Source: Octopus vulgaris
Lineage: Eukaryota
Length of the DNA stretch: 64,000 bases
Assembly: GCA_951406725.2 (NCBI GenBank)
Contig: OX597816.1
Coordinates: 44,640,001-44,704,000, forward strand
Direction of reading: 5' to 3'
Of the stretch, positions 14,542 to 27,569 are shown piece by piece. The first letter of the stretch is position 1. Each line of letters starts with the position of its first letter. The notes below the pieces were generated by a model. The model saw only the letters and a list, made by a program, of their open reading frames with translations. It was not told the origin of the DNA and made no database searches. The translations under genes and the position numbers were made by a program.

Positions 14542-16044
14542 CAAAGGTAGGCTGAAAAGTTCATAAGCTGACAATGAAGGAGTGAGGCTAGAGCTGGGAA
14601 ATCTTGCATGCATTAAATTTCAACCCTTTTTATATATAACTGCATTGTTTCTTTCTAAGTAAACTAACGTATCATTCTTCTAAGAAGACTCAAAAATAAC
14701 TAGTGGTGACTTCCCTTGAAAATTGTCAATATTTGGCATCGTGGTGTTATCAGATATCTGCAAAAAATTATTTAACCCGCAAAGAACATTCATGCTAATA
14801 TGGTTGCTACGCTAGTGGATGCCTTTCCACCTTTATCAACAGTGCAAAAGTAGACAGCTGAACTTAAAAGGGAAACGGAGAATCTTGAAGTTGAGCCAAG
14901 ATTTGGACGTCCTGCAACTACCACCACAGAGGAAAACATTCACCATGTTCGCTACATGCTGATGGATGATAGGCAATTCACAATAAATCAAATAGCCAAT
15001 TTTATCTGCATATACCATGCGAGAGTTGAAAATATTTTGCAAAATGAACTTGATAAGAAGAGGGCTACTGCTCGGTGGGTGTCATATCTTCTGACACCTG
15101 ACCAAAAGCACACCAGGCTCATCGCATCACAGGGAAAATTTGACATATTTCAAGGCAGATCCAGCTGCTTTCCTTCAACGTTTCCTAACCCAGAATGAGT
15201 GTTGAATTCATCATTTTGAGCCAGAAACAAAGAAACAATCCATGTAGAGGAAACACCCCTACCCCTTCACCTGCTCCAAAGAAGGCCAAGATCGTTTTAT
15301 CTGCAAGATCATTTCATCTGGAACGTGATGGTCTCAATTTTTTGGCGGGATGTTTATTGATTATCTTCAAAAGGGCCACACCATCAATAAAGAGTGCTAT
15401 GTCAACTTGCTGAAACAGTTACGAAAATCTAATCTATCGAGACCAAATGTCCAGAAAAACTGACGAAAGCGATCTTATTTCATCAGGACAGTGTTTCAGC
15501 ACACAAGTCCTTAGTTTCAATAGTTACTGCTCATGACTGTGGCTTTCAGATTGTTCATCATTCTCTGTATCCTCCCTATTTCTCCACATCTCACTATCAT
15601 CTGTCCTCCAGCATAAACGAACACTTGGCTAGAGCAGTATTACAGTGATAATAACGTTTTTAACCAACAGGATGAAAGTTTCTTTACCAATAGGATCCAA
15701 GCACTGCAACATTGATGGAGGAATTGCAGTAGTTGTTGTTGTTGTTAAGCAACAAGACGGGTAAGGTTGATTAGGTGATGGTCTAGGGCTTAGGGGTGGG
15801 AGACCCCAGACCTTGGAAAAAGATCTTTGGTCGTCTTGTTGTAGTCGAGGGCTCTTCGTTGACGCCCGACACCACTGGAAGGTGGCCCTCGAAGTCGCTG
15901 GAAATGGAGATCTCCAGGTCCAAATTCTTGGACGGCGAGGAATTGTATGGACCACAAAGGGAACTATGTAGAAAAATAAACCTCATTTGATCATAATCCA
16001 TAAGAGTGTTTTGGTCAGCCTATGAACTTTTCCTCCGACTCTCG
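14542..16044 (+). mobile_element. Full-length decayed mariner (DD34D-type) transposon
   Basis: Imperfect ~35-bp TIRs (..GAAAAGTTCATAAGCTGAC / GTCAGCCTATGAACTTTTC..) flanked by TA. Transposase remnants GRPATTTTEENI, ARWVSYLL (WVPHEL-like), LFHQDSVSAH, GNYVEK*, with many stops and frameshifts. Confidence 0.92.
15727..15936 (-). mobile_element. 210-bp 5'-truncated retroelement nested in the mariner
   Basis: 9-bp TSD GAGGAATTG (15718-15726 and 15937-15945), (CAA)n tail on the minus strand, GC-rich body. Confidence 0.85.
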
Positions 16045-17369
16045 TAATAAGCTGTAGGAAAAAAAGGATGAAGCAAATATTTACTACCAACAGAAACTAA
16101 CAAGTATTTCCTAACAACATGTATCAGATGCTAAATGTGCCTCATATCTTTAAAGTGGGTCATTATTGATTTGCCAAAGTGCCTTGCGTTGGCAAAAGTC
16201 TTATAAAAACGGATACATGCCATAAGGTTTTTTTATTTTATTTTCCAGTTGGTTTTATCATAAAGATAAATATATTCCTGCGATTTTCTAACCTTTAGGA
16301 TAAGGGAATTAAAATTACGATCAACGAAATGAAATCTAGAGCCAAAACCCAAAAGCCCGCATCAGAATTTATTACTGTTAAAACATACAATATCAACATT
16401 AATAAATTGTGAAATCTGAAATACAGCGCTGGCACTATGAAGATTTTTGTCCTTAAGGCAAGATATTGAGCCATACATGCCTAAGGTTTTGTACTTCATT
16501 AAGAAATTGTTGTTTCGTATTCTATGTATACCATTGCATTTTTCTACTACTTGGGATGTTATTTGAGACTGTCACTGTTGTGTTTTGTTGATAATAAAGT
16601 TGATGATAATGATGTTTCTATTGTTGTTGATGTTATTGTTATGCAAACTACAGCAGTAGCTGCAGTGGGAATAGTTATTGTTGCCAAAATAATGCAGCTT
16701 ACAAGCCAACATCTATTTTCATACAACCCTAGTTTTTATTCTGATTTCTGCCAAGTAATCTCCGTTAATTATACCCTCAGTCTTTCGCTATGTGGTATTA
16801 TCTATATTTGCCTATCTGTCAACATATATGTATCAATCGAGTTGTGTTAGAGAAAGAGGAAGACAGCGAAGGGGAGAGATATGGAGAGAACATTTATTTG
16901 TGTGTCAGATATTTTGCGCACGCTCGTGTTTGTTAATAAATGTGTATGTGTAAGTCTGTGTGTTTCTGAACATTGATCTAGACATTATTCAGGAATATTG
17001 TAGTTATATGTATGAATTCTTGTATATCATAATTGCACACTTATATATATATACGTCCTTGCATGTATACATAGGCACAAACTTACGTACAGGCATACTT
17101 ACAGAGTTTGGATGTATGAGTCCAGGCTAATTTTTAGGACATTCTATATCTCCTTTTTTCGAGAAAAGCTTGATATATCAATGAATAGTCAAAAGTGTTA
17201 TATCGCAATACTACACAGTGGCTGTGTGAGCTACGAAATCATCGTCGCCACAGTTATGTCGCACGTTCGGATGCCTTCTACTCAACTCTTCTCTTCTGCT
17301 CTCAACTCCTGACGGCTAGGCTTCTCCCTATGTATCTACTTATTTGGCTAGCCTACTTCATCGTCCGGG

Positions 17370-18472
17370 GATGTCCACACAACAAGAGCATAACGATTAA
17401 AGTAGTAGTTGAGAAAAGTTGAATGTGTACCCATCTGAATATTGAGCGGTTTACCTGTATCATGTTGATTCGCACCGGCTTTCAAAATGCCGACAAGGCA
17501 ACTGCTGTACAATGCTCTGCGAACACTGTAAATGCTGTAAACTATGACATGAAGAACTGCAACAGAGACATAGAAGCCGTGACAAGCAGGACGGGACGTA
17601 GCGGAACGGGACGTAGCAGGACGGGACGTAGCAGGACGGGACGTAGCAGGACGGGACGTAGCAGGACGGGACGTAGCAGGACGGGACGTAGCAGGACGGG
17701 ACGTAGCAGCAAGGGACGTAGCAGCAAGGGACGTAGCAGGACGGGACGTAGCAGGACGGGACGTAGCAGGACGGGACGTAGCAGGACGGGACGTAGCAGG
17801 ACGGGACGTGGCAGGACGGGACGTGGCAGGACGGGACGTAGCAGGACGGGACGTAGCAGGACGGGACGTAGCAGGACGGGACGTAGCTGGTGCTCTGACT
17901 ACGTACGCTCGACAGAATCTATCCCCACATCTTTGAAGAGAGCCTCTGGCTCAATCTAGACGGCTATGTGAAACTGCTGGAAGCTGTGATCAAATCCTGA
18001 GTGGAAAGAGTTGCTGTTGTAAGCTCATATGTGTGTCAGAAGAATTTGGCTTCTTGGTATACCTCCGAAAAGTGTGAGAAGTGGTTGTCTGAATATTTCT
18101 CCGACTTTACTAGCCCCAATTTCTGGCCTCTTAATTCCTTTGATTGTAATCTCATGGATTACTATGTGTGGGGCGCTGTTTATAAAAACACCAACTGCTC
18201 TGCCTGCAACACGGAAGCCTATCTATGGTCAGGATCAAAGCATTGTTTGAAGACACCCCCAGGGATACAGTGGGAAACGCATGCGCCATGTTCCGGAGTC
18301 GTCTTGAGGCTATAATGGATGCTGTCGACAGCTACTCTGAGTAACCTTTTATACCCCGGCCACAATCTAGTTGACAATTTTATTTATTTTTTTAAATACT
18401 TATATTTTTGGATGATATATTGTATTTTCTTTTCCTTTTATACAAACTGTCAACTTTAGCTCGATAACTATG
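17370..18472 (+). mobile_element. Internally deleted Tc1/mariner-superfamily relic (DD37D/maT-like)
   Basis: FWPLNSFDCNLMDYYVWG matches the WPPxSPDLNPLDYxVW motif. Probable 3' terminus near 18445-18472; 5' end not resolved. Confidence 0.75.
17586..17885. repeat. 15-bp minisatellite (GCAGGACGGGACGTA) x ~20
   Basis: Seen directly; gives the TGRSR repeats in ORF 17423-17959. Confidence 0.97.
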
Positions 18473-18810
18473 TATATACATATATACAAACGTATGCATA
18501 CATGCGCACGTACTTACGCACATGCATATTTATATGCCTGTTTATACAAATGCTTATATGCACGTATGTATGTATATATTTCTGTGCGTGTGTGTTGTTA
18601 TTGTATGTTTGTATATTTGTGTTAGTGGTTACAAAAGAACGAGATGGTACTTAATATACTAAACAGAATGTTTAATTTGAGCAACTAAAACCAACACAGA
18701 CCGTCGATTGCAGTCTATTCACACACAAAAAAATTGCTGCAGAGTTCATATGACCATCAAATTGGAATAACTAACACATCCCTTCAATGAATAAATACAA
18801 AACTGTAATA

Positions 18811-18975
18811 GGCGCAGGAGTGGCTGTGTGGTAAGTAGCATGCTAACCAACCACATGGTTCCGGGTTCAGTCCCACTGCGTGGCATCTTGGGCAAGTGTC
18901 TTCTACTATAGCCTCGGGCCGACCAATGCCTTGTGAGTGGATTTGGTAGACGGAAACTGAAAGAAGCCTATCGTA

Positions 18976-19050
<75 letters not shown>

Positions 19051-19270
19051 TTGTGTGTTTGTGTGTCTGTGTTTGCCCCCCTAGCATTGCTTGACAACCG
19101 ATGCTGGTGTGTTTACGTCCCCGTAACTTAGCGGTTCGGCAAAAGAGATCGATAGAATAAGTACTGGGCTTACAAAGAATAAGTCCCGGGGTCGATTTGC
19201 TCGACTAAAAGGCGGTGCTCCAGCATGGCCGCAGTCAAATGACTGAAACAAGTAAAAGAGTAAAAGAGTA
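18811..19270 (+). mobile_element. SINE family B, full length
   Basis: tRNA-like head, CORE-like CATCTTGGGCAAGTGTCTT, internal (TA)n(TG)n, (GTAAAAGA)n tail. Confidence 0.9.
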
Positions 19271-19514
19271 ATGGTAACTGAAACAACACAAACTTTGTTT
19301 TCTTCTTGTGTTGTCAGCAAGATTACAGACGTTAACATAAACTTTTTTTATATTTTGCGCAGTAGGAATTACAATTGATAGATCGAAGGAGAAAGTAAGG
19401 GAAAGAATAAATGTGTATGTGTAAATCTATGTGTTTCTGAACATTGATCTAGTTATTATTCAGGAAAATTGTAGATATACGTATGAATTCTAGTATATAA
19501 GGATCGCACACTTA

Positions 19515-19728
19515 TAGTAATCCCTCACCATATTGCGGTTCATTTATTGCGGTTTATTATTTAAGCTTATATCAATTCCTCTGTCGTGTTCTTTTGCATT
19601 TACAATAAAATAAATATATAAAAATAATTTAAATATATATTAATTACGTACCATTTCTACTTCGCGCGTTTTCACCAATCGCAGGGAGTTTTGGAAGTTA
19701 ATACCCGCGATAGTCGAGGAATTACTTC
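19515..19728. mobile_element. MITE (pogo/Tigger-like termini)
   Basis: AGTAATCCCTC...TTGCGG at left and CCCGCGATAGTCGAGGAATTACT at right. Absent from the paralogous segment near 17040. Confidence 0.7.
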
Positions 19729-20530
19729 ACATACATATACATCGTTGCATGTATGTACATACATACTTACAGAGTGTGGATGTATGTGTTCAGACTAAAT
19801 TTAAGGGTATCCAATGTCACCTTTTTTCAGGAACAGCTTGTTGTATTAGTAAACACTCAAAGGTATTGAACAGCATAAAGATTTTAATCAGTAGTTGAAA
19901 AAAGCGTCAGCTGACATGAAAGGCAATCTGATAAAAGATACAATAGATACTGAGGCAATATGGAGAAGACATAGGGACCGAGTAATGATGGTGACACACT
20001 GGCATAGTCATTAATTTTTCTTGTGTTCTAAGTACATACATTCAGTTGCTCAGCTTTAAATAGAACAATAACACAGAGCTATCAATCCGATTCTGTAACG
20101 ACTCTGCCAATACAGAAATAGTGAGTTTATGAAAATCTACAAAACAGCCGAAGTAAGATGGCCGAAACAATAGGTCACCTCAATCAATTTGATTACTAAC
20201 TGTGCACCACCATTTTAGTTTGGTCGTTAGAATGAAGCAGATCCTTTGTCACATATTGTGGATCAGGCGAAAAACAATATTATACCATCATTCCCTTTCA
20301 GATGATCAAACCCAAAAGGTCTTTAAATCTTTTACTGCAAAAACCAGGTACATCCAATCAAAATTTCAACGCCCTTAACTGCGGGAAGCAGTTTTATATA
20401 ACAAGTTAGCATTAATTGAAGGATGTCATGTTTGAAACTAATTTTTGTTAAGATATGTCAAATTTATAAAGGCAACGTGGCTGGCAGAAAATAGCAAATG
20501 TATTTTTTGGTAGATATTTCATATCATTAC

Positions 20531-20841
20531 GTGGAGGCGCAATGGCCCAGTGGTTAGGTTAACGGACTCTCGGTTGTAGGATCGCAATTTCGATTCCCAG
20601 ACCGGGCGTTGTGAGTGTTTATTGAGCGGAAACACTTAAAGTTCCACGAGGCTCCGGTAGGGGGGGGGGGCGAACACTGCTGTACTCTTTCGCCACAACT
20701 TTCTCTCACTCTTTCTTCTGTTGGCTTGCTCGCTTAGCCAGCAGGGTGGCGTCATTTGAAGGCTAAAAGAATGCGAATCGCATTGTGAACAGCGATGTAT
20801 AGCAACATCTGATAGCCTGGTCGGTCACGGTGGTTACGGTG
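20531..20841 (+). mobile_element. SINE family A, tail type 2
   Basis: Family A head. 15-bp TSD ATTTCATATCATTAC (20516-20530 and 20842-20856). Confidence 0.92.
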
Positions 20842-21163
20842 ATTTCATATCATTACAGGAATAACCATGAAACTAAAATTCGTAGTTAAAGAGTTCAGAT
20901 ATAAAGTACTAAGGGATATAAATGCTATTCAAATCTAAATACACAGAATTAATAAGGAAATATGAAATGTTCTTAATGTCAAAGATCAAACTCGAATATA
21001 GTCGACCGTTTGATATAAGATGTTTAAAAGGAAAAATTTCCCCCACTTTACAAAAATGTATTCATATAGTCTGGTCGTTAGAATGAAGCTGATCTTTTGT
21101 TACGTATTGTAGATCAGGCGAAAGACAATATTACCATCACTCCCTTTCAGATGATCACACCCA

Positions 21164-21582
21164 GGCGTAGGAGTGGCTGTGTGGTAAGTAGCTTGCTTAC
21201 CAACCACATGGTTCTGGGTTCAGTCCCACTGCGTGGTGCTTTGGGCAATTGTCTACTACTATAGCCTCGGCCCGACTAAAGCCTTTTGTGTGTATTTTGG
21301 TAGACGGAAACTGAAAGAAACCCGTTGTATATATGTATATGTATTTATATGTATGTGCGTGTGTATTCGTTTGTGTGTCTGTGTTTGTCCCCCCAAACCT
21401 CGCTTGACAATTGATGCTGGTGTGTTTACGTCCCCGTAACTTAGCGGTTCGGCAAAAGAGATCCGATAGAATAAGTAATAGGCTTACAAAGAATAAGACA
21501 TGGAGTCGATTTGCTCGACTAAAGACGATGCTCCAGCATGGCCACAGTCAAATGACCGAAACAAGTAAAAGAGTAAAAGAGT
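21164..21582 (+). mobile_element. SINE family B
   Basis: Matches 18811-19270. Confidence 0.9.
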
Positions 21583-21699
21583 ATACGTGTTGCATGTTGT
21601 ATATTGTCTTATTTAAGTTAATAGCAATTACCTACTGTACTTATTGAGCTTTTCATTCTCATTTCAGTATTATCATCCACGCCGTCATATCGAACACAT

Positions 21700-21754
21700 T
21701 CACAATCATCATCATCATCATCATCATCATCAACATCATCATCATCATCATCAA

Positions 21755-21809
<55 letters not shown>

Positions 21810-21892
21810 TTCATAATCATCAACAACGTCATCGATACCATCGTGTCTTGTTATTAATATTACTATTGTGTTCATTATTACCAACGCTGCTG

Positions 21893-21931
<39 letters not shown>

Positions 21932-22080
21932 ACACTCCTTCGGTTTCGATTTCATATGTAAGAATTTTAATAATAATAATAATAACAATAATAATAATAA
22001 TAACAACAACAACAATAATAATAATAATAATAATAACAATAATAATAATAATAATAACAACAATTATAATAATAATAGTA
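21700..22080. repeat. (CAT)n, (CTA)n, (AAT/AAC)n trinucleotide microsatellites
   Basis: Seen directly. Confidence 0.95.
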
Positions 22081-22635
22081 AAATGAAATGAAATTACAGA
22101 CTATTTCTAGAATGTTTTATTTTTCTACATGACTGCTTGCTAAGACTCTAACAACTTATGCTTGACGTTTTAAAACAGGTGAGGCAAATTAGATACAATT
22201 TTAACAACTAAATTACAAAAAACTAATAAATGAATAAAATTGTTTTCCTATCCTATCCTCCGTAAACAAATATCTTTGTTATTTTTATTTATTGTTTTAC
22301 ATCCCACATTTATTTTATATATTATTTCTACTTATTTGTTACCTTATTATCCTATTATATTAAATTTACTCCGATATAATTTTAACTTATTTGTTTAAAG
22401 ATTATTGCTTGGTCTGTAGAGCAATTTGAATGCATTTATATTAGAATAGAGTTTGGCTTCTGTTTTTTTTTTATGAAACACAATAGAAATATATTTCATC
22501 TAGAACTCTTATTTTCTATCTTATTTCTATCTGTGGGTTTGTATGTGTGTGTTGGAAGGTGTCCATTTGTGCTTGCTTGTCTTCATTCGTCTGGGTTTGG
22601 TTTTTTTAAGAATCATTTTCATTATTTGCTCAAGT

Positions 22636-23300
22636 AAAGGCGGCAAGCTGGCAGAGTCGGTAGCACGCCGGGCGAAATGCTTTGCGGTTTTTCGTCTGCC
22701 GCTACGTTCTGAGCTCAAATTCCGCCGAGGTCGACTTTGGCTTTCATCCTTCTGGGGTCGATAAATTAAGTACCACTTACGCACTGGGGTCTATGTAATC
22801 GACTTAATCCGTTTGTCTGTCCTTGTTTGTCCCCTCTATGTTTAGCCCCTTGTGGGTAGTAAAGAAATAGGTGTCCATTTGTGCATGCTTGTCTTCATTC
22901 GTCTGAGTTTGGTTTTTAAGAATCATTTTCATTATTTGCTTAAGTAAAGGCGGCGAGCTGGCAGAAACGTTAGCACGCCGGGCGAAGTACTTTGCGGTAT
23001 TTTCTCTGCCGCTACGTTCTGAGTTCAAATTCCGCCGAGGTCGACTTTCAGGCATTTCACCTTTAATAGAGAGGAGTATTTTATATAAAGGTAGCGAGCT
23101 GGCCAAATCGTTAGCGCGCCGGCTAAAAATACTTAAAAGTATTACGATTTGAGTTCAAATCCCACCGACGTCAAAATGGCCTTTCATCTTATTGGGGCCA
23201 ATTTAATAGAGTACAAATCATGTACTGGCGTCGAAGGAATAGACTGAACTCTCCCTATAATATTGCTGGCTTTGTTCTGTAATTATAAAGAATTATTTAC
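22636..23300 (+). mobile_element. Cluster of three SINE family C copies (22636, 22946, 23087)
   Basis: Repeated AAGGCGGCGAGCTGGCAG heads. Confidence 0.85.
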
Positions 23301-23509
23301 ATATGTAAAGTACATATACATATTTTGGTCATTTGAAGGTGAAAACACGTGGCGTAGTCGATAGGAAATTTTGCATATAATAATTATCTTGTGGGTTCTA
23401 TACTTGAATAGTGCGGGGCATGTAAATGCTTCGCGAGTTCCATCTATCACAACAACGTGGCACGTATTCCAAGCGATTAGATTAAGTGAGAGCTATTAAA
23501 AGACTGTTA

Positions 23510-23785
23510 ATTATTCTATGGGTCTTTTTGCCGAACAAATAAGTTACAGGGACGTAATCAAACCAACGCCGGTTGTCAAATGGTAGTGGAGGACAAATAA
23601 GCACACATACCTACACACGTTCACACACACATATACCCGATTGGCTTCTTTCAGTTTCTGTCTACTAAATCCACTCACAAAACTTTGGTTGGTTCGAGGC
23701 TATATTACAAGGCATAATTCGCCCAAAGTACCAGGCAATGGAACTGAACCCGGAACCATGTGGTTTCAATGCAAACTTCTTACCA
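23510..23785 (-). mobile_element. SINE family B, diverged
   Basis: TTCTTTCAGTTTC..CTAC.AAATCCACTCACAA...GGAACTGAACCCGGAACCATGTGGTT. Confidence 0.75.
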
Positions 23786-25280
23786 TACATTTTGTGTATA
23801 TATTTATAACATGTACTGGTACACGCTTATATGTGTGTGTGTGAGCATAAATACTATATGGAGGGAGGGAGAGAGAGGGAGAGAGGGAGAGGAAATAGAC
23901 ATGAAAATCAAATATATATAGACAGTTGAAAAGTGTATGAGAGTATCCAAGAAGAAGAAGAAGAAGAAGAAGGAGGGGAGGAGGAGGAGGAGGGGGAGGA
24001 GGAGGAGGAGGAGGGGGAGGAGGAGGAGGGGAGGAGGAGGAGGAGGGGGAGGAGGAGAAGGTGCACAACCGTTTTTTCCGCAACTGTCTATATATACTTC
24101 ATGCATCTGCAAATATTTCTCTGCGTTCGACTATATTTGTTTATTTTGCCTCTGTCTTGTACTCGTAGCCACTCTCCAGGACCTTTTTCTTTAAATACAT
24201 ATGATGAGAGCGTGGAAAATGTCGCCTTATTGCCCCAGCATGACCACAATACAATAAATGGAACCAATAGAATAAAACATTAAAGACAGAAATAACATCA
24301 CATTTTCCAAGATCTGCGACAGTTATAACTCATTCTTCAAGACGGAAAAAAAAATTCTCTAAAAAACTGTCCCGACAGAGAATAAACAATAAACATATAA
24401 ATCAATAGAAAAAAAATATAGTGAAAAATAAAGTGAAATAAATAAAAGTATCAATTGTCTGAGTTTCTCAATCTTTTATCATGAATCTACTTATTAATTT
24501 ATGGCGCTGATCAAGGGAAATAATACATTGTAAGAAAATGGAGCTCTCTATTATTGTTTTTTTTTATTTATACCTCTCCCCGACCTATCTACCAACACAA
24601 CAAAGTAACGATGTGATATAATTTGGAAATGGAAACGAAGATGTAGTTTTTGTTTTAATGTGTTGTTTGTATGGAATATATTCAGAAGGAGGGAGAGAAG
24701 GCGATGCGTGGGAGAGACATAAAGAGGAGAGAGATGTTAAAAGACAAATGGTGAGGGAACGATTGACTGAGTTTGCTAGAAATTAGGAGAAAGATATGGA
24801 GGGAGAATAACAAAGAGTGAGAGAGAGACTATACGTGAAAAGTGTGGTGGGGGAGACAAAAGACACTAAGAAAGAGAGAATGGGTGTCAGAGAAAATTAT
24901 AGACACAGAAAGACGTGATTCTGTGATACAGAGAAGGCGAGGGAGATAGAGGTATTTAAGAGGAAGAGTGCGGGAGAAAATAAAACAAGAAGAGAGGTTT
25001 AGAGGGAAGGCTAGAGAATGAAGAAAAAAGAGAGGAAGGAAAAACCGCTTGAAAAATGCGAGAGAGGGAGAAAGACAACCAGCGAGTGAGAAGTTACAGC
25101 AAGAGATTCCATCAGATACATGAAAAAAAAAATTTTGGTCCAGGGGTTCAATTTTCAGAGCAAGAAGAAAAATATATTTATTCTATATATTTTATGACTT
25201 ATACAACCCATATGTATTTATTGTGTAAGTACGTTATTAATAAAGTTGTGTGTTTGTGTGTGTGTGCATATATAAACGTA

Positions 25281-25316
<36 letters not shown>

Positions 25317-26109
25317 TGTATGCATGTATGCATGTATGTATGTATATATATATAGAGAGAAAAATATACATGTATACATACAGTGTATGTATGTCTGTAT
25401 ATGCACATATGCACACACGCGCGCACACACAAACACGCGCACGCACTCACACACACACACACACGCACGCACTCACACACACACACACATACACACACGA
25501 GGTCACTCTCTAAATTGAGCTGCATCATCCAGGCACTGTATCTTTCAGACGAACCAATTTAAATTACCAGGGATCGTCTCACCACGTTAGAAGAACGAAA
25601 AAGAATCGAAACATTAAGTAAACAACATCCATCACCTTTTCACATTTAAACAATTCTGATGTGCTTTTCTTTTTTGATTTCGGTAAAGATTCTTCAAATT
25701 TCTGCAATAATTGCCTTTTTGTGACGAGGTTCCATCACCCATTATAATTCCTTTTCAGTTCAGCTGAAAGGAATCCTATATTTCCTATATATATATATTC
25801 CAGAATATTGTGTTTGCACCCACAAAACTGCAGCCGGGGTTAGTGAGTTTAAAGATGGCAGTGGTACGATGAAATACTTTGACAATCCAACCAAAACGCT
25901 GAATGATTGATAAATTAGATAATTATTCAATAAACAATTGGTTCTAACATGGGAACAAAGCTAGAAAATGAGGGAAGGTTTGTGGATTTTAACAACCTTA
26001 ATAACTGATTGGTACTTTGTTCTATGGACATTGAAATTGGCAAGGCCAAAGTTGAGCTTGGTACGATTTCATATCTGAATGCAGATACAGGGAACATCTA
26101 ACCCATAGT

Positions 26110-26483
26110 GGTGGAAGCACTCCGTCGGTTACGACGATGAGGGTTCCGGTTGATCCGCTCAACGGAACAGCCTGCTCGTGAAATTAACGTGTAAGTGGCT
26201 GAGCACTCCACAGACACGTGCACCCTTAACGTAGTTCTCGGGGATATTCAGCGTGACACAGAGAGTGACATGGCCGGCCCCTTGAAATACAGGTACAACA
26301 GAAACAGGAAGTAAGAGTGAGAGAAAGTTGTGGTGAAAGAGTACAGCAGGGATCACCACCATCCCCTGCCGGAGCCTCGTGGAGCTTTTAGGTGTTTTCG
26401 CTCAATAAACACTCACAACGCCCGGTCTGGGAATGGAAACCGCGATCCTATGACTGCGAGTCCGCTGGGCCATTGCGCCTCCA
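26110..26483 (-). mobile_element. SINE family A, tail type 3
   Basis: 12-bp TSD CTAACCCATAGT (26098-26109 and 26484-26495). Near-identical to 53254-53648. Confidence 0.92.
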
Positions 26484-26891
26484 CTAACCCATAGTAACAT
26501 TTATACCAATCAATCAGCCTTAAAAATTAATAATTTCTACTATAAGCACAAGGACTGGCATTTTATGGGGAAGAGGCTAGCTGATAACATCGACCCTAAT
26601 ACTTAACTAGTACTTATTTTATCGACCCTGAAAGGAGAAAAGGTAAATTAATATCGGTGGAATTTGAACTTAGGACGTACAAACAGATGCAATGATGTGT
26701 TAAGCATTTTGACCAGAATACAAACGATTCTGCCATCTCGCCCCATTTATTAGTTAACTAATGGTAATAAAAGAACTACAACATGTGTACATGATTATTC
26801 TTGGCAGCATGACTCTTAATTACTTTGCCTCCTTCAAGTACGCAAATTCAACTCTCAAAAATTCTGGCGAAAGAACTTCAAAGATAAAGGC

Positions 26892-26935
<44 letters not shown>

Positions 26936-27569
26936 TGTGTGTGTGTGTGTGTGCGTGCGTGAGTGCGTGCGCGGGTATATGTTGTCTGCATGTGTATCGT
27001 TGTGTGTGTGTTTGTCAGTAGGTAGTAGGTAGATAGATACATACACATATACGCACAAACATGTACACACCTATAAATATACACATATGTACATCTACAT
27101 ATATCTGCATATACACGTACACATATACATATAAACATATAAGCCACTAATTGCTTTGGAGATGCTGCTCGACGTAAGTCGTTCTATAATATGCCTTTTG
27201 TCTCTAAGTAATCTTCAGACTTTGAGCACATGATCTATTCAGTTTGTGACTCATACAAATCACGAGAAAAACAAGAAGGTAGATACAAAATTTGAATGGT
27301 AAAAAAATTGGAAAAGGAGAAGAAAAAAAGAGTTATGTCCCGTTTGATTGAAAGGCCATAATTTAAGCTGGTTTTTGTAGAATAATTTCAGTAGCACTGC
27401 CAACATAGGCAGAATAGAGTATTGACTTTTAAGCCGTTAATATATTTGGTATTTATTCCGGAAGGAAGCAATTAATACCAGATATTCAGCACGCACTTCA
27501 TGATTTTTCGACATACAGAAAACATGTAGCGTATTTCAAGATATATGTATATCTTGCTTAATTCAAATT

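Noticed and set aside
17423-17959. 178-aa RS/RG-rich ORF resembling an SR or protamine-like protein
   Set aside because: Produced by a 15-bp minisatellite inside a dead transposase.
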